Assembly: GCA_964016885.1 (NCBI GenBank)
Contig: OZ024742.1
Location: forward strand, 159,650,001-159,714,000
DNA length: 64,000 bases
Source: Eledone cirrhosa
Lineage: Eukaryota
Direction: 5' to 3'
Part shown: positions 11,793 to 24,399 of the stretch, in pieces
How the letters are laid out: each line of letters opens with the position of its first letter
Numbering within the stretch: the stretch's first letter is position 1
Translations under genes and position numbers: made by a program
The notes under the pieces: generated by a model
Database searches by the model: none
Seen by the model: the letters and a program-made list of their open reading frames with translations, nothing else
Told to the model about the DNA's origin: nothing

Positions 11793-12435
11793 ACAACCTT
11801 CTGGTTGTGTGTCTGTTTCACGGGGTCACCAGTTGTAACGGATAGATGGAATTGTTGGTATGATGGTTTCAATGCAAAGAATAATACCAGGATTGTGTTG
11901 TTACAATGTTTATTTTATTATAACAATATTCAATTTGAATATTAAATGATAAAATCTATAACATGAAATGTTCGTACAATAAGTTGGTGGCTCTTCGAGC
12001 CACGTAAATACAAATATCACAGAGTACTATATAATATAATTGTATTGTATCTGAAAGATAAGTGAATACCTCCTCTCTTATCTGTAGTACCACTTTTTCT
12101 GCTGGGTATAAACAAATCCTTGTATTTATAACTTCGTTGAAGTTAGAAGGATGGATAAATCATCTGACCTGTGGTTAGCATCTCCCAAGGGGTTGGTCTA
12201 CCGGGCGTAAACAACCCTTGTATTTATAACGATTGAAGTTAGAAGGATGGATATATCATCTGACCTCTTTTCTGCCGGACGTAAACAACCGTCATCTGAC
12301 CTGTGGTTAGCATCTCCCAAGGGGTTGGTCTGCCGGGCGTAAACAACCAAGCACGGCTTGTCCCAGAGGCGGGAAAGCTCAGATTCGGTTTCGAATCTTC
12401 ACCGGTTTCAATACAGGAGTATTCCATTATATATA

Positions 12436-14400
12436 TATAAAGGATCTTTATAACGTGTAGAAATGTTTGATGTTAGCAAAGGCTGCTTTCTTCGTTTTGG
12501 ATTTTCAAAACATGTTGTTAGGTTAAAATGTTTTTTCGCTAAAACTCCTGCATGCTGATTTTCGATTACATGCTTTGGGTCAATTCTGTCTTTGCTGAAG
12601 TAAGGGATACAACTGATTTTTTTTTTTAGTCGCTTGTGTGTAAATGAGGTCGGTTGCATCTTTTCACATGAGGTTCTGTAATTGTGGTTTGTAGCTCTGT
12701 CCTTGTCAGTATTTTTTAATGATTTCGGCTGTCGTGTACTCTTAATAATAGGATATTTTTGTAAGAGGTTTTTCATTTTTTTTGTCTTTTTGTAGTATAG
12801 TTAGGTTTAGTTGTATGTGTGTATAGATTTCTCTGTTTTGGGGGTTGAAGGTTGAGCTGGTATGACTTTTTTTCCTTTTTTACTTTTGTTTCTCGTAGGA
12901 CTTAAATATAAATTTTTTTTTTTTTTTTACTTTTTGAATGCTATCGTTGATTATATGTAGAGAGTATTTTCTCTTGATGAGTATATATTTTATCTCCTCT
13001 AGTCTGCGGTCCCTTGTTGTGTTTGAAACTATTGTGCAGATTCGCTTAGCTACATTATGTGGAAGGTGCGTGCATGGGCTGGATGAGCAGGTGTGAAGAG
13101 GAGGTATTGCCGGGAGTCGGAGGGTTTGAAACAAACGTCAGTTTCTAGTTTTGTGTTTCTTTATGTTATTAATATGTCAAAGAAAGGGGGTTTTCCGTTA
13201 CTAAATTCCATAGTGAATTATGTGTTAGAGTTAATGGGGGCTTGAAAATTCCTTAGTTCATCAAGATTCTCCCTCCACAAATTAAAACAGACAGTTTTCT
13301 TTCTGAAGGCACTCACATGAATTAGTCATGGTATCCCATGACTAAGTTGGCATGTGGTGACGCTACTTTGGTATCCCATGACTAAGTTGGCATGTGGTGA
13401 CGCTACTTTGGTACCCATGGCTGTTTCTGATTTCGTCGAATATGAAATAATTGTTTTTTTAGGATGAATTCAAGACTTTCTATGATGAAGTGTCTGTTAA
13501 TAGCTCATGAGGGAATGCGTTTAGCCAGTATAGGATAGCTTCGATTCCGTAGTCGTGAATGGTGTTACTATATAGGTTCTCAACATCAAATGAAATCATG
13601 TAAATATTTTGGTTTACTATATTTGGTAGATGGTTGAGAAAATCTGGGTCATCTCGTATGAAACTCCAGATGTGTTTGATGAGAGGTTTTAATAAGATGT
13701 CAAGGAAATTACTTAGGCGATGTGTCTCACAAATTGAGCCCGCAATGGTGGGTGTCGATTGGTGTGGGTATATTTACACAGTTTTTTTTCATCGTATTGC
13801 ATGTTTCATTAATTAGTTTGTATTTGTGCACTTTGGGTAGGAAACATAGATTGTTTGTTTTACCTCTAGAATTTGTGAGATAATCAAATTCCTTGTCTGT
13901 TAGACAGGTTTGGTATGGGGGTAGTAAATCAGTGAGTTGTTTCATCACTTTATGACGATTGTATTCCTTGGCTTCTACATAGCATGCATTGTTCCGTAGC
14001 ATTCTGTACAGTGCGTTTGTAAAGGTTTGCGTCCATAATGACAACGGCGCCTCTTTTGTCAGCTTCTTTTATAACAATATTTTGATTTAGTTTTAGGTCG
14101 TTTAGTTGTTTCTAATGTTGTCTGCTGGAGTTTGGCTCAATTTGTGGAGTTTTCAGGTTATTCATTGGGAAGTTTGAGATGTGGTCACAGAATTCATCCA
14201 AGGCTGCATTTCTGCCTCTTGGGGGTTGGAATTCTTTTTCGTTTTATACTAATGATTTATCACTATCTTCTTCAAAGTAAAATGTTCCGCAAGTCTGAGT
14301 CTTCTACAGAAGTCCGAAATATCATCTTTAATTTCTACTATATTTGGTTTTTGAGGTGTTGGTGGATAATTTTAATCCTTTGTTTGAAAGGATTGAGTTC
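12436..14400 (-). mobile_element. Decayed Penelope-like element (RT region)
   Basis: Minus-strand frames give LPKVHK, LSNFLDILLKP, SFDVENLYSN and TAMGTK, typical of PLE RT; a 40-bp tandem duplication lies at ~13330-13409. Confidence 0.75.
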
Positions 14401-14618
14401 CAGCAGAAAAAGAGCGAAAGGACAGCATTACCTTGATAACTACCATCAATCCGAAATGACCGTCAGTAATTTCCTATTGCTTCTGCTTGAACTCGCCAGA
14501 TGGCGCCCCGCCATCAACTTCCAAATTTCATGGTTAAAGGCTTTCAAATGTTTATTCGAAAACATAGCGTATGTTATTACATACAAAATACACATACCAC
14601 TATGTTGGAGTGCACACC

Positions 14619-14668
<50 letters not shown>

Positions 14669-14723
14669 GCACCTTATAAAAAATAATAGTGGATTAGTCC
14701 ACTTTAATTATATCTATATATTA

Positions 14724-16250
14724 CTAGAGTGAAACATTTAGCGTGCAGGTAGCTGTCCACCAGGGATCTGTTCTTAGCCGTGTCCTCTTTATTATCGTCC
14801 TGATGGCTATGACAGAGGAGTTTAAGAATCGCTGCCCATGGGAACTCCTGAATGTAGATGATCTAACACTTATAGCTGAATCTTTGGCAGAAATAGAGAA
14901 GAAATTCCAAATCTGGAAGCATAGCCTACAATCAAAGGGTCTTAAAGTCAAAGACTAACGTCCTAGTATGTAGAAGGGGAAACATGGCCCTGATCCCCAC
15001 CCCCTAGAGAAATGCCCTTGATCTGTGTATAGGAAAAGCATAGATAGAAATTTCAACCTCTGTCCCAAATGCAAACTATGGATACCCAAAAGATGTAGTG
15101 GGATCTCAGGCAGATTAGCTAAGAACATAGGTTTTACATGTGGCTGTTGCACAGGTGCAGTAAAAAGCAAACGCCCACAGGAAACAAGCGCTATCAAATT
15201 CGTGAAATGTTCCATAGAAGCAGTAGACAGCTTCTGCTACCTGGATGACCAAATCAGCAGTGGCGGTGGGTGTTTCGAAAGTAAAGTAGCCAGAGTGAGA
15301 ACGGGATGGAAAAAGTTCAGGGAGCTACTACCACTGCTAGCTGCACCAGGTTTTTCCCCTCAAAATGAAGAGCGAGCATATTGTATGATGTGTGTATATG
15401 AACAGCAATGTTACATGGTAGTGAGGCCTGGGCACTGTGTGCAGATGACATGTGGAGATTGGAAATAAATGTAGCCTGCATGCTTCAATGGATATGTAAT
15501 AGTAATATACATGTACAACAAAGCATTAATGAACTGAAAGAGAAACGAGGCACAAAAGGGATCAGCTGCAGTGTGCAGGAGAGGAGATTACGTTGGTATG
15601 GACATGTGATGCCTATGAAGGAAGGCAGCTGTTTAAAACGGTGCAGAGTGCTAAAAGTTGATGGAAGCTATGGAGTAGGTAGACACAGGAAGGCTAGCGA
15701 TGGGGTGATAAAAGCTGACCTTGCACAAATGCACCTCTCAAAGGCGATGGCACAGAACAAGTCTCTGGCATTATGTAGTAATTCAGAAGACCTGCCTTCC
15801 CATATGCACGGGTTGAAACATACATCTAGTAAGTACCATCTTCCTTTCCATCCCACTTCCATACACCTCTCACGTCATAACAGTCCACCTACGTCCTAAC
15901 ACAACACCAACGTCGTAACACCCCAACCTTCACCTACGTTCCTAGATCTACCTCCCCAATCCCCACGCATCTCTCACACCAAGTCTCCAATCTGCACTCT
16001 ACAGTGATCATGTTGGTGACACGGAAAAAAAGGTCCCAGTCCACATTGTAAAGTCATCGCGTAGGAGTCAACAAAAAATGCCCAGTTCACTCTGTAAATG
16101 TGGTTGGCGTTATGAAAGGCTTCTCGTCGTAGAAAGCGAGCCAAAAATCAGTTCTGTATGAGCAAGACACAGCCATCTGATCTGGTTTGTCTAACCCATG
16201 CTTACGTGGGAAAATGAACGTTAAAAGGTGATGATGATGATGATGATGAT
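14724..16250 (+). mobile_element. 5'-truncated RTE LINE, same family as 59520-63130, with PHD-like insert and (GAT)n tail
   Basis: VHQGSVLS, WELLNVDDL, CPKCKLWIPKRC, FCYLDD, RLRWYGHV; tail gttaaaaggtgatgatgatg. Confidence 0.88.
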
Positions 16251-16357
16251 GCTATATGAAACACATTGCAAACTGGCTTATATCTTCCTAGGTACATGGT
16301 GTTTCTCGGAACAAGCTGATGTTATTGATGCTTTATTCATCATCTATTAGAAAGTAT

Positions 16358-16400
<43 letters not shown>

Positions 16401-16405
<5 letters not shown>

Positions 16406-19400
16406 CAACATCAACGTACTTATAAGAAAATTACGTGCTACTAATGGTATCATTGTAAAAGCAGATAAAACATCTAATGTATATACCATGGGCCTTAACA
16501 CATACAACGATTTTATACGCCGCGAATTACATAAAAAATACAAGAAAACTACAGCGTCTACACTCAACAGCATTAATATAGTAAAATAACATAGTAAAAA
16601 AACTTAAAATATCAGATAGAACCGAGCCTCTTACACCTTGTGAACCTACTTTTAATCTGAAGGATCATAAATGTAACTTCGAAACCAACCCTACTATTAG
16701 AATAATATATCCTTCAAAATCAGATATAGGTAGAATTAGTAAATTTATACTAGACAGAATATTACCACAAATTAAGAAACAACTAATTATTAAGCTCTGG
16801 GGTAACACAAGTGAAGCAATAGACTGGTTCAACTCATTAGATAATAAAGAATCGTCCGACTCTATACAATTTGACATAAATGACTACTACTCTTCTATCT
16901 CCCCAGTGACCCTTAATAAGGCATTATCCTTTGCCCAAAATCATTCGGATCTTTCGACAGATGAAATTAAAATAATACTAGCCCCTAGAAGAACTATCAG
17001 TAAATTCGAAAACAACTACTGGGAGAGAAAAAATAGACTAAATAACTTCGATATCACTATGGGATCGAACGACTCAGCCCAAATCACAGACTTGGTTGGG
17101 ATTTATATAGCATATCTCTTACAAAATGAATTTGGTAACCTACAAGGTGGAATCTATAGAGATGATACTCTACTTTTAGCTAAAAATATAAATAGCCAAT
17201 ACTTAGAGAGATTAAGGAAGAAAAATAGAAAATTTAGGCCTTAGCATTACTTTTGAACCCAACTCTAAAAAAGTCAATTTCTTAGACGTATCATTAACTC
17301 AGGACTTATAACACCTTTCCATAAAAATAATGAAAATTTAGCTTACATTGACTATAACTCGAACCATCCTAGATCTATAATTAACTCCATAGCGCATAGT
17401 ATATCCCTTAGAATCTCACGCCTATCCTCTAACCAAGATATTTTTAATGAACACGCTAGCTACTATAACTTAGCTTTACTTAAGGCAGGCCACAAAGAAC
17501 GACTCAAATACATACCTAACGCAAATAATAACACCTCACTTAACGTTAACAACACTTCCCATAACCATATATTCAACAAACCTAGATCTAAACGCATAAA
17601 TAGACACCATATACCTAATTTTAATAAGCAAATTGATAATAATAATACCACCAGCGGACATAGGAAATATAGAAACAGAAACTACTTATGGTTTAATCCT
17701 ATATTTAACTCCTCTATTAAAACTAAGCTTCCTCTTACTTTCTTTAAATTAGTTGACAAACACTTCCCTAGAATACATAAATATCATAAAATCTTTAATA
17801 GAAAAACTATCAAACTATCATACTCCACTGACAACAATTTAGAATCACACATTCACAAAATTAACTACTTAAGAATTCATAATAAAAGTAGCCCCCATAG
17901 AACTTCCATATCACCAAATATAGAACACACACATATTACATCATCGCAACCAAATACACGCATAAGTACACCAACACAATTCACCAACAAATCTAATTCG
18001 CAGCGCATATAACAATCTTCAAAATAATACAGTAGAACCGGCGCATAGAAAAGCATTTCTATGTAATTGCCATTTGCCCGACAAATGTCCTCTACTAAAG
18101 AAAAACGTAGTATACTTGTGTACTATCAACTCAGGTAGCTTGGCATGGTATTACATTGGTTCCACAGCTGATGTTTTCAAAAAACGGTGGTACGTGCACA
18201 GACATTCTATGATTAATAAAAAGCAATCAAATACAACAACTCTTGCGAATAAAATTTGGCAATTAAAAAATGCAGGCACTAAATACGAGATCAGCTGGAA
18301 AATTCTTTCAACTGCCAAGGCCTATAAAACTGGTATGACCCATTGTAGGCTTTGTAATATGGAGCTCTTCCAAATTCTTAATTTTAGTAAAACCCTTCTT
18401 AACAGTAGAATTAAGCGAACTATTTTTTGCCGGCATAAATCAGCATCTAAGTTCCTGAACTTTAAACCATCTTAACACCATTTTTTCTCCTTATTCCTCT
18501 TTACACTTCTAGAACTTAATGCGATTTCAAATTACCATAAACTTCACAATTATGTGGGAATAACCTATAAACATTTGTATTAACATAATTATCTTTTTTA
18601 TTACCATTATTTTTATTGTTTATTTACATTCATATCATTTATTATCATTTTTTATATATATACATATTTCAACATGTGTCTTTATATTTCTCCACTTAAA
18701 CATACCCTTCGAGATCACTTTATCTTAAATTATATTATATAGCTAACTAACTATTTTACACAGTAATGTATATTCATCCGTACCTTAATTTTTCTCATCT
18801 CTCTATTCTTCATATCCGTATATTATTTTTCTCTTCTAATCCATTTATTATTGATTAATTTCTATCCTCTCTACTCCCCCATCCCTCCTAATTTTCCTCT
18901 ATTTCTTTTTCATCTTCCTTACCCATCCCTCCTCGTCGCCTACGATATATTTTCCCCCTTCTATCCTTCGCTACACATATCTTTATTATTATTAATATCA
19001 TAGGGCGGTGGATTGGTAGTATCAGTAGAGGGTCGGACGCCATGCTTTCCAGCATAGTTACGTCCCTTTATGATCTGAGTTCAAATCCCGCCGAGGTTGA
19101 CTTTGCCTTTCATCCTTACGGGGTCGATAAAATAAAGTACCAGTAATGCACTGGTAATTTGCTGGCCTTGTGCCTAAAGTAGAAACAATTATTAATATCA
19201 TATCTATTTTAATACGATAGGTTGATTTCGTAAAGTTGCCGGTTATACTTTTAACTATATATTAGTCCCTTTCTCTGTTTATTTATCATTAACAATAATA
19301 TTGCTGTAGTAATTTGAATTCTTAAATTTACCGTTACGCATATATTTTTATATTTACTTTGAATCTCCGATGAAATGATATGATTATATGTATTGTAAGT

Positions 19401-19513
19401 AGATTTGTACATCTCCAATATTTAGCAATTTATAGACAATTCTACCATGGAAACAATTGTAAGACTATAATTAAATACACTTGTTTGTTTTGTCAACCAT
19501 GTTATTCTTAACT
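16401..19513 (+). mobile_element. Naiad-type Penelope-like element (RT plus C-terminal GIY-YIG), decayed, between (TA)n tracts
   Basis: VKADKTSN, FDITMGSNDSAQITDLVG, GIYRDD, CNC..CPL..VVY..YIG, WKIL..C.LC..E..LLN..CRH (18074-18475); degenerate hammerhead at 19364-19465. Confidence 0.85.
19002..19190 (+). mobile_element. SINE family 1
   Basis: Same head and core as 2403; TSD attattaatatcata. Confidence 0.88.
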
Positions 19514-19562
19514 TTATATATATATATATATATAATATATATATAATATATATATATAATAT

Positions 19563-19614
<52 letters not shown>

Positions 19615-19753
19615 AACAAGTAAGACCCCGGCGGCTGAGCTCAAGCCATTTCGACGGAACGGCTTACTTGTTCCTATTACCTACTCTACTAACCTAAGTA
19701 TTGAGTACTTTGGTGCGTTATGGTCCACCTGGTTCCTTACCACATTTCCTTCG

Positions 19754-19821
<68 letters not shown>

Positions 19822-19831
19822 TATATAATAT

Positions 19832-19863
<32 letters not shown>

Positions 19864-19893
19864 ATATATATAATATATATATATAATATATAT

Positions 19894-19960
<67 letters not shown>

Positions 19961-19988
19961 ATATATATAATATATATATATATATAAT

Positions 19989-20032
<44 letters not shown>

Positions 20033-20314
20033 AATATATATTATATATATATTATATATATATAATATATATATATTATATATATATAATATATATATAT
20101 ATATATTATATATATATTATATATATATAAATATATATATATTTGGGAGCCCCTACATGGACACACTAGAAGGGGAAGACCAAGGTTAACATATGTTGAT
20201 GCCCTAAGGACAGACACTGGTCTGTTGGAGATGCAGGATATGGCAGCGATAATGAGGGACAGAGACCGCTGGAGAGAACTCGTCCATGGATCTCGGGAAT
20301 TTTACCCGCCTTAG

Positions 20315-20346
<32 letters not shown>

Positions 20347-20360
20347 ATATATATATATAT
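19514..20360. repeat. Long interrupted (TA)n microsatellite
   Basis: Roughly 550 bp of AT dinucleotide with two short embedded inserts. Confidence 0.95.
20143..20314 (+). mobile_element. Extremely 5'-truncated RTE-type LINE end inserted in (TA)n
   Basis: Open frame WEPLHGHTRRGRPRLTYVDALRTDTG...MRDRDRWRELV*, matching the RTE GRP/DRxxWR C-terminus. Confidence 0.8.
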
Positions 20361-21861
20361 TTATTAAAATAACAGATTAAAGTTTAAGCAAAGAATCGCT
20401 GCTTTCACCCTTAACGGGATCTTCTGAAACTAACAAACCGCCAATAGATTCAAGCAGTGACTTTACACGCATACCCATTCTTTTCGTTACCCTTTAAGAA
20501 GGAATACGACGTCACTTTCAGCTTATATCTGGAGTCTAAAAGACAATCACACCCTATATAAGTTACACTGGGAGATCCTAGCTAGGGCTAGATCGTATAA
20601 CGGAAATAAAAGATCATGTGACCTCTGCGCCGCTGAGGCCCTGGAAATACTCTACGCCAAAGATCACATCTTAAACAAAAAATCTGAGGCAATTTCGGCT
20701 TGTAAACATGAATTGCACAAAACTTTCCTGTATTACAGCCCCACATTATACCCTAACGGATAGTACGAACTATACGCGGATATTTTACGTCTTGATGTGG
20801 TAGCTAAGTATATGTTATGTTTATACCATTACTTATTTGTATAGATAAGTATATATTACCTGTATGTTTTGTGAAGGTACGTATACTTTCTCGTACGTAT
20901 ATTTGATTGTATATGTTATGGCGTATATATTATATATTCTGGTACATATGCTTTTGGTTATGTGTATAAGCGAGTTTTGCGTTTGTGTGAGTATGCGGGT
21001 TCGTACGTATGTAGGGTGTGTGTATATGTGTACTTTGTGTTTTGGTTGACGTTCGTCTCCGAACATATGTGTATTTACATGCAGGTATGTGTGTGCGCTT
21101 GTTATATACGTATTTATTTATTTATTTAATTATATGTATACACACACACACATATATATATATATATTTTTTTTAATATATATTTTTATGTGTATTTGGT
21201 GTATACATTCGAATGCGTGGGGGTACAGGTGTTGCGTGGGTTCTGTATGTGCGTGCGGTTTTTTGGGGGGTTTTGTGTACATGAGTCTATTTGTATACCT
21301 ATGGCGAGTGTTTTGCGTATGCTTGTGTATGTACGTATTTGGATGCGTGTATGTATTTATTTAATTTCAATTACCTCTGTATTCTATTTACTTTATTCTT
21401 AACTCTGAAGCCGAGAACCATTCGGTTTCCTAGTTAGAATTTTAGTCTACGACTTCAGTTATACCTTTTACGTGGTTTTGTCTTTGCGTGCAATTGTTCT
21501 CCCCGCTTCATATATGACATATTATCTTCGTTTTTTTCGTTCATTGCCAGAGAACGTCTCTATGAACCACCTAATAGAATATTAGTCTACGACTTCTTTT
21601 ATACCATAAACGTGGTTTTGTCTTTGCGTGTAATTGTTTTTCACTGCTCCAAATAATGACGTATTATATTTGTTTTTTCCCGTTCTTTGCCAGGGAACGT
21701 TTCCACGAACCAAAGTATCGTCTTCCTGTTTTCCTCCGGTTGCAACGTTTTTTGAAATATACACTTCTGCGTTCACAGATTGACTTTGTTAGTTTCAGAA
21801 GAACACGTTAAGGGTGAAAGCAGCGATTCTTTGCTTAAACTTTAATCTGTTATTTTAATAA
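20361..21861 (+). mobile_element. 5'-truncated Naiad-type PLE bounded by ~75-bp inverted ends
   Basis: 20500-20715 encodes TTSLSAYIWSLK..WEILARARSY..CDLC..E..ILNKKSE..CKH; 20361-20436 is the reverse complement of 21786-21861. Confidence 0.8.
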
Positions 21862-21948
21862 ATATTTGCTCTACGGTTCTTATATATTTGATATATATTT
21901 ATCCTTATCGAGCCCTCTTTGGATTTTAGTCTTCAAATTTATTATTAT

Positions 21949-22033
<85 letters not shown>

Positions 22034-22529
22034 TATGTACACGTACATACATATATGCATACAGACATACAGTAGTATGTATACATACATATACATACAT
22101 GCACACATATATATATGTACGTATGAATTCACCGAACATTTATTATAATGCGTGGTGTGTTTGTAAACAAACATCCCGTATTAAGCCGTAGTGTCCAGCA
22201 ACCATCGTTGCTCGTTTGTTCAACACTGACAAAGGAACGCTGTACTAGTTTCAAGCTTATTAGCTATCGTCAGCAACGTATACCTTCCTGCCAGATTGTT
22301 GAACGTATATACTTACCTTATGCATATTAACGGCTGAGTAGCCCAATTTGCATATCGAGTGGGTTAATCGGCCGGATGCACCGAAAACGATAAACGTAAA
22401 TTGGGCTACTCAGCCGTTAATAAATGCAAATCGTTACTGATACACTTTTCCGAAGTATTCATTCATGTTTCAATTACTACATCGTCATTTCTTTTACATC
22501 TTCTAAACAAATTAAATTAGTGGTTGGCA

Positions 22530-23302
22530 TGTAGTGGTATTTACTGGAGTGAATAACCCTATGGCTAACTGCACTAAAGACACATCGAACTTTATTTACA
22601 CTCTGCACACTATAGCCGCCTTAACCCTGGAATACAATCCAACACCAGACGAACCTCGTAATCAATGAGTGCTTCGACCGTCGCAGCGCCCGTAACTGTA
22701 GTTGAGATCGATTTTGGCAGTTTCGACCTCTACTAACGGTACTGTTGGTTCACCCGGGGTCACAGCGTCTGACACAAGCCAAAGCGCTCTCCAGTCGAGT
22801 AAGAGACAAGACAAAACAAGAACTTATAGCAATTAAGCTATAACAAGTATTTGACGAAGGGTATTTATGAAAATTTAGAATGTTTATATGGTAATATGTA
22901 TAGCATATTGGTTATTTAGTTGTTATGATAATAACAATGTTGCTAGAAGAGATAACATGATTGTTAGATGTAATAATATGAATATAATATAAAGAATATA
23001 AGAATATAAGATTTGATTTATATAGTTTACTTTACGTGAATTAAAAGGTACAATAAACAAGTTACCATGAGTTGCGGTCTATTTATAGCAGTAAATCCTT
23101 ACATATTTAGTTGTATATCCTATCGCTTCGATGTCTCCGTGTGGAATAGCCTGATACAGGCCCTATATATAGCTGTCACTTCCTGTTCCCCAACTTGAAA
23201 GGACAGCCCACGCATGAACTTGTTAACACAATAAATGTGGTGACCTAAAATTTGATCTCTAGGTTTCACCCAAAGTTCAAGGCGCGGACAGATTTCGCTA
23301 CA
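22530..23302 (-). mobile_element. Putative LTR of a third LTR family, with adjacent PPT and internal remnant to ~23900
   Basis: TGTAG(T/C)G...CTACA termini; TATA-like boxes near 23080 and 23165; AATAAA near 22592 on minus; purine tract aggtagggaactaa directly before the LTR on minus. Confidence 0.6.
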
Positions 23303-24399
23303 TTAGTTCCCTACCTAGATCGATGCTGGAGCAGCGATCGATTATAAAAGGTGTAGCAGAAACTGATTCCTAGACGCGTGTCCCAAAACACACAAAATGT
23401 GGATACTGCGCCCACACTTCGAGTGTAGAGAAATTTGGAGAGAGAAAAAAAAAATAGTATGACTGAGTATGCGTGTGTGTGTGTAACATTTAGAAGGAAC
23501 TGTAAAAATACAAAGTTGTGGTCATGTATTTCGAACTGTTGTGTATGGATGGATGGGTTACGGTTTCGGATTACGATATGACAACACAGAGGATTATTTC
23601 TCTCGATGTATCATCATACGTAAGATTCTCTTCAGTGAGTCGAGGTTTACGCTATGACATGAGTGTATGCAATTTTGAGTTTGCATGCTCAGTGAGTCGA
23701 ACAATAAAGTAACCGTGGTTTGATTATCATGTGTTAAATAGCTATTGTCGAACCTTGACCAATTGAATCTCGATGTATTATCATACGTAAGATTCTCTTC
23801 CTGTGAGTCGCGGTTTATGCTATGACATGAGTGTGCTCAGTGTTTAGTTTGAATTGGTTTTTACTTCTGTATATTTTAATTTAGCTGGCAATCAATGTTT
23901 ATCATTGACTGACCAACAGTTAAAAATATAGATATAAATATATATAGTCTATCAAAGTTCTTTCATCACACACCTGTGACATCATCAGTGGTACTATTAT
24001 GTTTCCTCCCATTGTATTGTAATGTCTACACCATTTTTATTTTTATTTATTCTTTGCGCATGCATTTGTGTGTGTGTTTTCAGTTTGGTGTGTGTGAGTG
24101 TCGGAGTCTGTTTGTGAATGTATTCTGTCTTTGTTCATTAGTGTGTGTTTATTGTACCTGTGTATATTTATCTATATTTATCTTAGGTCAGTATTGTGTG
24201 TTTGTGTATGGTTGTTGTTGTTATTCCATTTATTTTTTCTGTTCAATTTTGGTTTTCTTAGTTCTATTTCAGTTGCTTATCTGATTTGTCTACTTGTTGA
24301 GTCATTTCTATGTTTGATATTATTTTAATTTCTATCTTGTCTATATTACCATCATGTCTTTGTCTGGCATGTTTGTATAGTACTGAACCGTCTTTTTGT

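Larger units (their letters stand above)
2956..12431 (-). mobile_element. Ty3/Gypsy LTR retrotransposon 'B', CsRn1/Kabuki-like, gag-deleted, with two nested insertions
   Basis: 5' LTR 11834-12431; 3' LTR 2956-2991 plus 5144-6021; PBS tggtgaccccg (tRNA-Trp) 11821-11831; polypurine tract (PPT) ggaagagggg near 6025-6034; TATA TSD at 2952-2955 and 12432-12435; pol remnants inside. Confidence 0.92.

Noticed and set aside
14493-14510. CTCF-like motif cgccagatggcgcc
   Set aside because: A single short match at a TE edge with no supporting evidence.
16401-18475. Selenoprotein-type Naiad
   Set aside because: The cysteine codons I checked are TGT/TGC, and the interruptions seen are TAA/TAG and frameshifts.
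19422-22174. YIYI/CVCV-rich ORFs
   Set aside because: Translations of TA and TG microsatellites.
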